The notes under the pieces are model-generated. The model made no database searches, was not told where the DNA came from, and was given only the letters and a program-made list of their open reading frames with translations. A program made the translations under genes and the position numbers. A stretch of 64,000 bases of DNA from Saccostrea cucullata. Lineage: Eukaryota. Positions 25,986 to 38,537 of the stretch are shown here, piece by piece. The stretch is taken from positions 62,001-126,000 of the forward strand of contig NW_026935861.1 of NCBI RefSeq assembly GCF_032062105.1. Reading direction: 5' to 3'. The first letter of the stretch is position 1; every line of letters begins with the position of its first letter.

Positions 25986-27884
25986 CTACAAAACCCTCAG
26001 CTTTTAGGAGGTATGTTAAACAGTTCTATATGAACTTGAACTGTTGCAAAACCATGCATTTATTAATTTAAAAGTTTAAAATGAAACAACAATCTTGACA
26101 GAGAATACAATCAATGATTAAGTTAAAGCTGATGGACGTTTTATATTGATTGCTAAGTCATTATTTGCACACTGAACTGTCCATATTGCTTTTGTTATTT
26201 CCAGATCGTGATAAGGAGCACATAGCTGGTTTGGCCAGTTGGTAGAGGAAACACATTCCTCCGTGGCACCTGATCCCACCTCTGATGTTTTGGAGGACAG
26301 TGTTTGCTCTGCTCTTGATTTCTATTGTTTGAATGGACCTTTGAGCTTGGGCGTTGTTCGTTGTTCCATATTTCATAAACTACAGGCCGTTTTCTGTCTC
26401 TCTTTCTTCCTAAACCCCTGTTATGTTTAACAGTTCCTTCCATAAAGAGAGGGTTCCTACATTTTCTCATTTTCATCCTTTCTCAAACATGGTGATAATT
26501 CATTTTTTTTCCAATACAAAAATGAAATTGACCGCGACTGATCTTACAGAAATATAAGTAGCAACTGTTCCTATGTCTGCTCTTGGTGCCTTCAATGAAA
26601 AATATGGAGATAACCAACAGTATTCAAGAAAATTCCATTAAACATTACAAAATAGGAACAGAGCAACCAATCATCCATGGACCTTCAAAACATCAAAGGT
26701 TTGATCAGGTGCCATGGAGAAGTGACATGGCCTGTCGACCGGTCACACCCGCTGTGTGCTCCTTGTCGTGAACTGTAAATAATGGAAAAAATCTATTGAT
26801 AATTCATTGTGTAAATAATGGCCAACCAAAAAGTATGAAAAACGTTAGTCAGCATTTGAAAAAAAAAGACTCTAAATGAAGCTGTTGAAATTCTTGTTTC
26901 ATCAAGTTATTTGTCAATAATTAATCTCGTTTTACACAAGTAGAGCATACTCTTGCGTATCGAATCAACTGAGAGATATAAACGCCGTACGCAGGTGATG
27001 AAGGTTTAAGCAATGGAAGTTGACGATTGAAAAGTTAAAGTCCACATACGATTTTCAGAAAAGGTAAAACTTATGTGGGAGCATTCCGAGGTTATGTAGA
27101 TTTTTTATTGGTCAAACTATGACCCCAGGTATACGGTTGGGCCACTTTAGGTATTACAGTGGGGGATCTGGTGAAGAACAGCATGGTCAGTTACCTAAGT
27201 GAGCGTTGTGTCCTCTCGTTCTTCAATTGTGATTGGCTACATTCGAACTTTAAGCTTATGTATGGAAAAGAGATAGTCTTAACAAGACGACGGATCAAAA
27301 GGCTATGTGAAAAGCTCATTTAAATAATGATTTGTTCGGTAACAAGTTTGTCTTTCGAAAAGCCCTTCCGTAAAGCATATCAGAAACAATTAGTAAGCTA
27401 AGGTTAAGCATGTCATCGAGGTTTTGCAGTGGTATGGGATGTTGATTTGTTACTTTCATAGAGACGGATTTAACTTAACATGCATCTGGAACTTTGTGTA
27501 ATACAACATTTAGTAATGTTTCCATCACTCCTCAGATGTGCTGAAATACCACATTTTACACGGCACCCTCTACTCCAAGGTAATGCACTCTGGTAGCTTC
27601 CACACGCTGGAAGAGGCTGACAGACTCAGGATTTATCAATCATTCTTCGGTCTGTACCTCATTTGTTCATTTCAATCTTAAATCACACACAGCAGTAGTG
27701 CACCTTTTTCTCCCACATATGGACCTTATAATTATCTTTTTTAATCGTCTTTTTATCAGGTTCAGTGATAGTAGGCGGTCACCGCGTCTCCAAACCCGAC
27801 ATGAGTGCAACCAATGGCGTCGTCCACAAGCTTGACTATGTTCTCGTCCCTAGTTCACTCAGTACTCAAATAAAAAATCTGTAA
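25986..27884 (+). pseudogene. Partial tandem duplicate of FAS1-B: 3' half of exon 4, intact exons 5' (27536-27649) and 6' (27760-27884); pseudogene or alternative 3' end
   Basis: Homology to 21401-25347 runs from 25986 to ~30328. Splice sites, frame, stop and AATAAA are retained. Confidence 0.8.
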
Positions 27885-28524
27885 TTTAATTTCTTTCATA
27901 ATAAAACTTACTTCTCTCTGTTTTTATTTAAAAATACATTGTATAATATTGCACTTTTAGGAAGTATCTAATAAATTCAAATCAATAATCAATTTGCTCA
28001 TCCAGGAAGAATGAGCATATCGTGATTTACGAAGTCCAGTTTAAGATAAGGGTCTTTTTCAAACAGACAGTATCAGTTATATCGTAGTCAAAAGGCATTT
28101 TCGTAGGACAGCTTATTGCCGTCTTACACCCATCAGTTTGTCATCACAATAATTTGTCCGTGTATATTAGTGGTTTTCTAGAATAATTATTAATTAAATT
28201 TCAAGGTAAGGAAACCAGAATTTGAGTAATGATGAACATTCAACTCTAAAAAAAATAAAGCAATAATTCAAATGAAAAAGATACTCAGTATATCGTGGTA
28301 TTATATAGTATGTTATGAATTTCTTGAGAATAGGTGCTACTAGGTGCTACTGGATAGCTTCACCGAATCTGGCAGAGCCCATTATAATTTCACATCCAGT
28401 TATAGCTACATTCTTTTCATATATTCAAAGTAATTCACTGAGACTGTTCTGTATCCAATATACTATAGTGTATCTAAAAATATACTAGATATATTGTCAA
28501 CTTTCCTTACTTACTCGTATGAAG

Positions 28525-29070
28525 GATATGGAGATAACGAACAGCATTCAACATCAAAGTCCACAAAACAATATAAAATAGGAGCAGAGCAAACACGGAC
28601 CTCAGAAACATCAGAGGTGGGACCAGGAGCCATGGAGGATCGAGCATCCCCTGCCGACCGGCCCCACCCGTCGTGTGCTCCTTGTCATGATCGGGAAAAA
28701 ACGGAAAAATCCGTCGTCAATTCATTTTATAAATAATGGACTAACAATTAGTATGAAAAACGTCAGTCAGCATTTGACTCAATGATACTAGTACATTGTA
28801 TTTGCTGACAAGGTCATTGTTTCGACCATAGAACTTACAAAAATGATGACTTTAAACGAGACTGTTGATACTCTTGTTTCATCAACTTGCTTGTCAATAA
28901 TTTACCTCGTTTTAGAAATTGATCATACATAGAGCATGCTCTTGCGTATCGAATCAACTGAGATATATACACACCGTATGCAGGTGATGAAGGTATATTG
29001 CTGCATAAGTAAGTATAAGTAAGGGAGTCGAAAAGTTAAAGTCATCACTTTTATCGTATGAAGCTTGGTT
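28525..29070 (-). mobile_element. Penelope-like 3' fragment inserted into an older copy
   Basis: Flanked by GTATGAAG at 28517-28524 and 29071-29078; single copy at the empty paralogous site ~25149. Confidence 0.8.
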
Positions 29071-29271
29071 GTATGAAGCAAGGACCCCTTATCATCTGCA
29101 TATGGGTTTATATCTATCAGTTGATTCGATATATAAGTACGACGATATTTTTTTCACCATACAAGCTATTAACCAACAAGTTCATAACACGAGAATATCA
29201 ACAGTTTTGTTAGAAGTTATTATTTTGGTCGAATCAACGACCTTATCACCAAAAACAATCTTTGGGTAATT

Positions 29272-30053
29272 TTTAGCTCTACTGGTCAGAGACCAGAAGA
29301 GCTTATGCAATAGTAATGCGTCCGGCGTCCGTCCGTCTGTCCGTCTGTCTGTCTGTCCGTCTGTCCGTCTGTCTGTAAACAATTTTTCAAAATGCTACTC
29401 CTCCTACAGTTCTGGTCTAATTTCAATATAACTTGGCACACAAGTAGACTACACTAAGATACATAATTCTGTGTATCGGTTTTTGATTTCGATGAACGGT
29501 GTTGCCGTGGTTACTAAAAATAGAAATTTCTGTGAAATTCTTTCAAAATGCTACTCCTCCTACAGCTTTGGTCTGATTTCAGTATAACTTGGCACACAAG
29601 TAGAATACACTAAGATACATAATTCTGTGTATGGGTTTTTGATTTCGATGAACGGTGTTGCCGTGGTTACTAAAAATAGAAATTTCTGTGAAATTCTTTC
29701 AAAATGCTACTCCTCCTACAGTTTTGGTCTGATTTCAGTATAACTGGACACACAAGTAGAATACACTAAGATACATAATTCTGTGTATCGGTTTTTGATT
29801 TCGATGAACGGTGTTGCCGTGGTTACTAAAAATAGAAATTTCTGTGAAATTCTTTCAAAATGCTACTCCTCCTACAGTTTTGGTCTGATTTCAGTATAAC
29901 TTGGCACACAAGTAGACTATACTAAGAACATAAAGAGACTTTATCAACGATCATTATTCTATTTATTTCAAATCCAAGCTGCTTAAGTACTTTTCTCTTC
30001 CTTTGCTATAAGTTCAAACCAGTAGAGCTTCAGTCTCGACAGAGACTTCTGGT
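29272..30053 (+). mobile_element. HINE-type non-autonomous Helentron with an internal 156-bp tandem array
   Basis: Subterminal inverted repeat AGCTCTACTGG (29275) / CCAGTAGAGCT (30019); (GTCC/GTCT)n microsatellite; repeat marker AATGCTACTC at 29391, 29547, 29703, 29859; 3' hairpin AGTCTC-GACA-GAGACT; T-run flanks. Confidence 0.85.
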
Positions 30054-30807
30054 TTTTTTACGTTTTTCAAACTCATTTCTAGGCTTTGTTATATACCGAA
30101 ATTTCTACGGATTTTGGCGGTTACCTGATTATGACAGGGTATGCTTTCTCTTCCAAGGCACCTGCTACCATCTCTGTTTTTGAGGTCCATATTTGCTTTG
30201 CTCCCGATTTTTGTTCTTGAAATGGACTTTCAGCTTGAATACTGTTCGATATGACAAGGAGCACACGGCGGATGTGTCTGGTCGACAGTGGATGACTATT
30301 CGACCTCATCCCTTTAATATTTCTTAAGTTTAATACCCTCTTTACATTTTTGTATGTTAATTTTTATTAGATCGATCACTGTAAGTTACCTTCGCCTTTT
30401 ATGATACTTAATTCATTTCATATAATACTAACTTAATTGAATTGAGAACTAAACTGAGTGGAAAATTTAACGCTTGTTGTCACGTGACATTTACACGACT
30501 ACACTGTAACTTCTACCACATTGCTCATAAATAGCTAGAACCAGTCTATGTAAAGAGTGTATTACCTGAGATACTAGTACTGTCCCGAGGTTAAGTAAAG
30601 GTATTCACGAAAATGTGTATCGGCCTAAACAGAATCTCTGGCGTTTAAGGATTTTTTAAAACTGTTATTTGAGAATTAATTGCTCTTGTTTCGATTTTAA
30701 TGCCCAGAAATAAATACTTTATTTAATAGTACCAGCAAGTATTCTCTAGACGTACTTGTTCAGCAAAAAGAAGTCTGAGAATGCAAAATTAAAAAACACA
30801 GGAATAT

Positions 30808-33800
30808 TTATTTTGGCGGGGTAAGAACGTCATCAATCACGTGAAGGCAGCCATTTGCAAGAGGAATATCAGCATCGATGACCTGTGCAGTCTTCACATA
30901 AACACCTGAAACAGGACAATTATAATCAGTAACATAAATCTTAGATTTCACGAATAATACGGATCTAAGTTGTCGGTATATATGTATTGAAATATTTGAC
31001 TTTATTACTTATTTCTCCTTTTGTTGTCTCGGCTTGCGGTGGTGCTTATTTCCAAGTTTTGGCTTTTATTTCATAAATTCAATTATTTATTTATTCTTTT
31101 TTATGAAATTGTTACACATAAAAGATGTAAGTGGTTATCATGTGTACGACATTTCAGCAGGAAACACAGATTAGCTTTGTGCCACTTAATAATGTAACAA
31201 AATAAATTTGTCAAAATAAAATCGTTGATCGTTGGCTCCACTTTTTTCTTTCTAATTCAAAACAATGGTTTAATTAGAAAAAAAAGTGAAGCCAACGATT
31301 GGTAAAATACCTGATCCGGGTAAACTAATTGTAAGGTTTGTTCCAGCGAGAGTGGGAAGGGTCATCCCGTCCGTCAGTCCGGCGGAGAACCACACCCCCG
31401 GAACCACGTGGTACATCAGGATCTCTGTGAAATAAACATAATTTAGTTACAGGTTCAAATACAAATATGGCTTTAACAATATTTTTATTAGGTAAACATA
31501 CTTTTGAAATATGCGTCATCAGCGGTGATACTGGGTAAATTGGCCAAAATCTGGGCAAATGCACTGTCCTTAGGAGCAAAAATAGTATAGGTACCCGCTG
31601 GAAAATAGATTGATTATGTATATATAATTCATCCTTAAAGCAAGAAGCGTTATATCTAATGTTTTATTTTTGTTTTGCTGTTTTGAATCAAATCTTCAGT
31701 AGCGACTAAGGAAACAATAACATCGAAGGTCATTGTTTGATAATGAATGTATGAACCTCCCGCAAAGAAGTAGCTAATGAGGGAGAAAAGCAGACATCTC
31801 AGGAAATCGAGAGGATGAAGAGACTTATTATTTATAATCTTCGTAGTTTAATCAGGTTATAAATTGATATTTACATTTGCAAATATCTTTCTTAGATGAA
31901 TCTGTTGAGGAGAAAATACGTTCAATTTTGTGTGAATTTCATTTGGGGGTCAGAGGTCATAGCGCGACCGGATCACAGAGCGTGGTGATATTTTGACCAA
32001 ACAACTTCTAGGTCATTGCGCGGCACTACATACCAATACGTTGGCCCGTTCATGTAATAAATACAATTTAACTTGAAATGTATTCGTTTCAAATGTAAAT
32101 ATAAGTAATAAACAACAATGTTAAAAAGTTCACTGGGAAATGAACTTTTAGTTGGTACATTATCAAATCTACCGAGAAGCCCTTCGGGCTTCACAGGATT
32201 TGATCACGTGACCAACTAAAAGTTCATTTCCTAGAGAACTTTTTAACATTGTTGTTTATTTCTTAATTAAATTTTTTTACTTCAGCATTTTGATTATGTC
32301 ATCATATAAATGTGGCAAAAAAACTTGTATCATAAGCTTACTATCCTGTCAGAAACTCAGACCCAGTAATTATTTATCTCTTGCCTAACAAGTTCAAATT
32401 GTCTTCTTTCAAAAGACAATCAGACACAGACATGACCCACTTTCTAATGGTTTCTCCAGTCCTTCCAAAACAAGTGCAGCGTATAGGTCGGAGAACTGAG
32501 TCTCGTGTGTACCGAGGTATTCAGAAATGGTGACGTCCGCGGGCATCAAAACACTGTTTATAGGATGAACTACTCCGTTCAGAACAATCTTGTCTCCACC
32601 ATCGATCTCCACGCCTTGGATGACAAATTTCTAAAAAATATAAACGTTAAAGATGCTTACCTTTATGGCAATTTATTTTAGAGTTTAAAAATAGAAATAT
32701 CTTCCAACTTTTAAGAGATTTCTCTCATTTTAAAGAAATATCTCTATGAGAAGGAAATATCTCTTAAACTTAGAGAGATATCTCTTATACGTAGAGAGAT
32801 GTCTCTTTATATAAGAGAGATATCTCTTCCATTTGAATAGATATCTCTTTTTCCTTTAAAGATATCTCTTTCGCGAAAAGAGATATCTCTGAACGTTAAA
32901 AAAGATATCTCTGAATGCTAAAGAGATATCTCTTTCACCTATAGAGATATCTCTTTTACTTTTGGAGATATCTTTCCAAGTATAAGAGATATCTCTTAAA
33001 GTAAAAGAGATATTTCTTAAAGTAAAAGAGATGTCTCCTTATTGCAAAGAGCTATCTCTCTTCATTATTTTTATTTAAATCCCATTTGAAATTACTTTTC
33101 TCCTTACCGGAAGTAAGCTTTTAATTCACGGAAGTACATTAAAGTATTTTAAAATTTCGACATATACATGATATTCTACATTATAGCTTTACTAAACATG
33201 AAAAGTACTTCAGTGTTTCCTAGATTTCAAATTAGTAATTGTTTATTATATCATAAGCTGAGGAAATTCGGTCCATTGCATTTAAGATTTTATGCTTACT
33301 TTCGTTTTACTGAATATTAAACTTTTAGCATTTTTATCAACGAAGTTGCCATTATTATTTGTTGTTTCAAACAAGGGATTTATAGCATTTTTGTCTAAAT
33401 GGTACATATATTCGGGATATTGCATGCTCAGTCTTTTTTTATAACAGCAAAATTAGTACAGAGATTTTACTACCTGTTTCGCTTTCGTTTTAAAGAGGAG
33501 AATTGATTATTTTATTTTAAGGATGACTGGAAAAGACATATCTCTTTCATTAAAAGAGATATCTCCTTAGCTTAAAAAGATATCTCTTTTTGAAAATCTA
33601 AAGAGATATCTCTCTAACTAAGATAGATATCTCTTTTAACCTTTTTAAGAGATCTCTCTCTCTCGCTTAAAGAGATAGCTTTCTCGCTGAAAGAGATATC
33701 TCTCAAGCTGATAAAGATATCTCTCTTAGTAAAAGAAATATCTATATTACAAAAAGAGATATCTATTTTGTTTAAAGAGATATCTCTTTCGGATATAAGG

Positions 33801-35365
33801 ATACCTCTATTAGTCAAAGTTAAAGCAATATGAGCTGCATTTTTGAGAATTTTATTTTGCTGGTAAAATGTGTTATTATGATTAATTTGTATGTAATTTA
33901 AACCTTTCTGATCAATAAGACCGAAATAAATTTTAAAAATGTCTCAGAAGAAATGTTTCTGTACGATCGAATATACAGTATTATATAAGGTATCATTATT
34001 GTACAGGACGACAATAATGCAATTTTGCTTCAATCGAAGCTTATAAAAAGGTCTTCCATCGCAAATATGAACAACAGAGGTTCATAAATGCTCTATTTTT
34101 CGGTCATTGAAATAGTTAATTACAAATTTGCAAAAAAAAATTTCGATGTATAACATGCAGCTCATATTGCTTTAAAGATATATCTCTCTATGCTAGAGAG
34201 ATATCTCTTACTGAAAGATTTTTTTTAAAATTTCATGAATAGTAAAAGGTCTTGCCATATATCTTGGTTATAGTGAACTTTCAGATAAATTCATGTTAAA
34301 TTTTTGTTGTGATGTTGAAGGAGGCCATGTATTTTAACCAAGCTTAACATATTTTTCCGAAGAACGAATTTATTTTAATATGTTTTTTGGTTAGGAATAT
34401 GAGAATCCTTTGCACTCGGGTAAGATAAAAGGGAAGACTAAGCAAAGCCTAAACATACTCTAAAATTAATAATTAATTATTCTTTATTTATAATCGAACA
34501 TTTTCAAGAATAAGGCATATAGCAATTATATCTAAAATATGACCATATGTAAAATAATTTTTGACCTCTAAATGATCATACCAGTTGCACTTATATAGAC
34601 TAGACTTCCAGCATAGCTCTTGTAAAGATGAAAGTAAAATACTGTCAAAACAATACATGGACATTGAAGTCAGATCATTTCATCCTAGAATTTGCAAGAA
34701 GCATTGTTTTCTTAACATTTTAACATTTATACAACAAAAAGTGAATAAGTAGTCTGTACAGGAATATCAAAACATGTCATTAGACTTGATTATTGTGATT
34801 ATCATTAATTTGAAGCTATGAAACATCTTTAAAACTCCCAACCTGATTATCGTACCGATGAGCGGTCAGATTTTTTCCAGACAGTGTTGTGAACACTTTT
34901 CCGTCCTGTAGCATGGGTGATATAACAATTCCACTAGTCACGTGGAATTTAAGTGTGTCTGCCAGAGCCTGGGGGTCTCCACTCAGTCGGTCCAGTACAC
35001 TCTGGGGGAGCTTAGCAAAGGCGGCATCGGTGGGGGCAAATATGGTCAGCGGGGTCGCTTAAGCAATATAGGGTGATTGTTTTAGGTCTATATCAGAGAT
35101 GTTGAACATAGTACACGAACTTTAAACTGTTCTTTAACTTATTACAGGTAAATTCAAAATTTGATACAAACCAATTGCTCTAGATTTGAATATTGTACAG
35201 AAACAAACCTGATGTAGCTAAGGTTCCAGCCAAACCCGATTGCTTTAACAATTTAACTAGTGTCGTAAAGTTTCCTTGGTTTTGCAAGTAGGTGAAAACA
35301 TTTTCCAATTGTCCATGAACAAAAAGACTTTGGAGGGAGAAGACTGTGACTAATAGGGCTAACAT
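30808..35365 (-). CDS. Secreted two-FAS1 domain protein C (289 aa)
   Basis: Exons 35365-35209, 35057-34843, 32630-32441, 31597-31502, 31424-31311, 30905-30808 (870 nt). Signal peptide MLALLVTVFSLQSLFVHG; PLTIFAPTDAAF, LKFHV, NGVVHPINSVL, YTIFAPKDSAF, LMYHVV, NGCLHVIDDVL. Confidence 0.9.
32106..32261. repeat. Fold-back hairpin MITE (~50-bp arms)
   Basis: AATAAACAACAATGTTAAAAAGTTC...AGTTGGT pairs with ACCAACT...GAACTTTTTAACATTGTTGTTTATT. Confidence 0.8.
32664..34259. mobile_element. Non-autonomous DNA transposon with subterminal arrays of the palindrome AGAGATATCTCT
   Basis: Ends TATGGCAA...TTGCCATA; arrays at ~32710-33060, 33530-33810 and 34176-34210. Confidence 0.7.
33824..34171. mobile_element. 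Nested TTAA-specific MITE (Kolobok-like termini)
   Basis: 17-bp perfect TIR AGCAATATGAGCTGCAT, with TTAA on both sides (33820-33823, 34172-34175). Confidence 0.85.
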
Positions 35366-36413
35366 GTTGACGATCAAGTGCACTCCCAGTTTGTAGGGTT
35401 GAGCCTGATAACAGAACTGTATACAATAATCTCCCGCGGAGGTCACGATCTTATTCCACATTACGTATGTAACAGACGACTTCATGAATTTCATATTGTT
35501 CTGCTCTCTTAACCTTACTTTAATGTCACGTTATTATGAAATAATAATAGCTCGAGAAGTTTTTTTTCTAAAATCAGCTTTGTACATGATAACATTTGCT
35601 ATTTTACAAATCCTGATATAAACTTTAAAAGTACAGTTAAGGCGCACTTTTTAAAAAACTCAAATTAATTCAAATTAACGTCACATTGTTACATTGCAAA
35701 AGTGTGTAACGAGGTAACAAAATATATTTTAGAAAAGATTGTTTGGGTTACTTTTAATTTATTTCACTAAATTAAACATAATTCGCTCATAATAATTGGT
35801 AGGACTTTGATATGCTCATGGCTGACATAACTTGTTATTTACAATATCACTAGGTTAAAAAGCATTCTAATTCTACACACTAGAACTCTGAAGTTCTTTG
35901 AAGTTCCTCCTTGACAATATATGTTATGTTTATTACTAGGTTTTCCAAAAACTTGGAATTCCGATGACCTTATGTTTCTTTCAGAGACGATCGTTTTTGT
36001 AACTTTTACACGAGAAAAACTGCTAAGGCCTTTAGTTTTAACATATCTTTATTAATTAAATATAACAACGTTTATGTGTAAAATTGAAATAACCTTTTTG
36101 AATTCGAAATAAAAGTCACAACACAGCCTGTCATATCTGTTCCATGCTTGATTGATACTCACTGAATATGTTAAATGTAAAAACTATACCATTATTAGCT
36201 ATTGCAGAGAAAAATAAATTAAACCGAGTTATTTTTTTGTTACAGTTGGAACATTTATTCAAATACATATATAAATTTTATGATTCGGTATTTTCAATTA
36301 TGCCAAAGTGATCTTTGTCAAGAATCTCTTGTGAAATAAAAGATTTAAGAAAACTTATAAAAAATACATAAAATGAAAATAATAAATACTTGTAGATATT
36401 CGATTTAAGGTTA

Positions 36414-38480
36414 TCAAAATATATCAAAAGTCACGTCTTTAGATTGGTTTGTAATTATATCACGAGCGGTCACCCTCAACTCTGTCTCCCCAAAAAAGAG
36501 TGTTACCTCAACCTCGGAGCGGGGAGATTCCGGAGTTTTTCTTGAAACAGGTGCCCTGAGTGTGCCCAGCAGTTCACATCCAGGGTCATCGACGAATTTT
36601 GGATCTTTCTCAGTCGAAATATAAACAGCACATTAAAGTATGGTATCGTCATCATGAAGAGGACGGAATATTGAGACTTAGAAAACCCGAGAGGGATCTG
36701 CTGTCCCTTCTGAACGAAGGGGAAAAAGACATCCTTACACCGATTCATTCCGCTGACCTCGAATTTCTTCGATTGTGGATGAATGGTCGGCTTAAATTCT
36801 GGCCATGTTTGAATGCCGTATGTAAACCTTGCCACTCTTCGAGAAATAGAATCTGGCACGTGACCGAAGTACACGGCTCGCTCCCTTGACAACGGCAAGC
36901 CCTGCTTCGGTCGGTACAATAACTTTTTTGTTTGGAAAATTGTCGATAATGGCCTTTTGAACAAGTTTACACTCGGAAAAAACCACCTACCATTAGAATA
37001 TTATGAACATCTCTCACATTTTCTTCTTCAAATAATTCGTCAACATGCTTTACTATGCTTTCAATAGTTTTTAGAAAAAATGTCTTTTTAAAAAAGTTGA
37101 GATCCCACTTTAATTTTCCCACAAAATATGTCACATTGTCTTTTTGAGGTGAAAGTTCTATAGCAGAAGGAAAGTCCTTAACATTTCTGCTTTCTTTGCA
37201 AAATTCAACAAAAGACAAGGGTATTCTTACATGGATTTTCCCCGTCATATCGGGATAACGCTACGTTTTGTTACTTCGAATGTTCGTAAAATATCTAAGT
37301 AATCCTCCAAACTTTGCTTTTTGTATTTTGACATTGTTCCGTCCCCGCTTATGTCTTCCAAAAAGCGAATGAAACGATCGTCGACGGATTTTCCTCCCCA
37401 TGGCCCCCACTTGCTGGACTTATTTCTTCTAAAGTGTGGTCCTCACATTTCTTATGTACAGTAATATCAGCAGTACCACCTAAAAAGGAAACCATTCAAT
37501 TCAACTTAATCTGGGTTCATAAAGTACGTTGTACCTAGAAACTGAATGTTCGTTATAAGATATTCAAGATTTTTACCCCCAAGATCTACCACCATATACT
37601 TTTGTTCAGAGTTCAGTACCCCCAGAGTGGCAGATAATTGTTCCTCGTCGTTTGTGAGATGTTGACAATAAATAGATGCTGCTTCGGGCTCCAGTGCAAT
37701 TATAAGTCTCTTTTCTATTCCTGCCTACATTCAACAGAAAACTCATTCAATTAATGGAATAGACAGTGTAGCAATAATTTTCTTATTAGAAAATATTATT
37801 TTTTCTCATAATTTAGGTGGGAAAAAGAAGGGGGACTTTTTGTTATATTGTATGTACCTTTGTAGTTGCATCTCGCATGAAGCGTTTGGCACGATCACCC
37901 CAATTGGCGGGTACCGTCAAAACATACTCTATGGCGTCTTCTTCCATTCCGGGGTCACTTTTCTTAATTTCTTTATATAAATGATCCTTCAGATAACGTA
38001 TACAATGAGTAAAAACTTTAATGGCCGGTAGTGATTTTCCTGATTCATCTTTGCAAAGAATATTATTATTTACTCCCTGAAAAAAATTATATAGACAATT
38101 GTTCGATTGATTTAATATAATTCAGCTATTACATGTATTTAGAAAAAGCAAAATGAAAGTACGTAGGAATACTATACCGGATCTTTGTGAAGAATCATCT
38201 TAAACCGTAGGAAGAAGTAATACTTGTCCTGCTGTTTCTTGGCTGTTAATTGAGAATATTGGTCTTCTGCATCGTAACCAAAGGCCACAAATTTCTGTCT
38301 GGAGTCCAGTAGTAGAGCAGTGGGGGCCTTGTGTGACACCAGTCCCGCACCCTGCCAAAGGTACGTGTACAGCTTCTTCCATTCTTGTGTGAGAGAAAAC
38401 GCGTATCCAGAGTACGTCGTCCCGAAATCTATGGCCGCCACAAATAGGCTTTGGCTTTTGCTTCGGGTGCTCACATCCAT
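36414..38480 (-). pseudogene. HSPA12: HSPA12-like pseudogene (copy A; paralogue of 49173-51229)
   Basis: VAAIDFGTTYSGYAFS motif and the same four-exon layout. Last-exon lesions relative to copy C: 1-nt deletion at ~37405, extra A at ~36980, 4-nt insertion at ~36880, further indels and a stop near 36503. Confidence 0.85.
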
Positions 38481-38537
38481 TTTAGTGTCATTCTCGATCT
38501 CTTCCTTTTTCCTACTTTCGTTTTTGCTACACTAAAT

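Noticed and set aside
32700-33810. CRISPR-like repeat-spacer array
   Set aside because: Eukaryotic intron, 12-bp repeats with ~9-bp AT-rich spacers, no cas genes; lies within a TIR element.
35366-35494. Longer N-terminus for FAS1-C suggested by the ORF track
   Set aside because: The ATG at 35365 gives a signal peptide and an exon size matching the paralogues; the upstream part is likely UTR or promoter.
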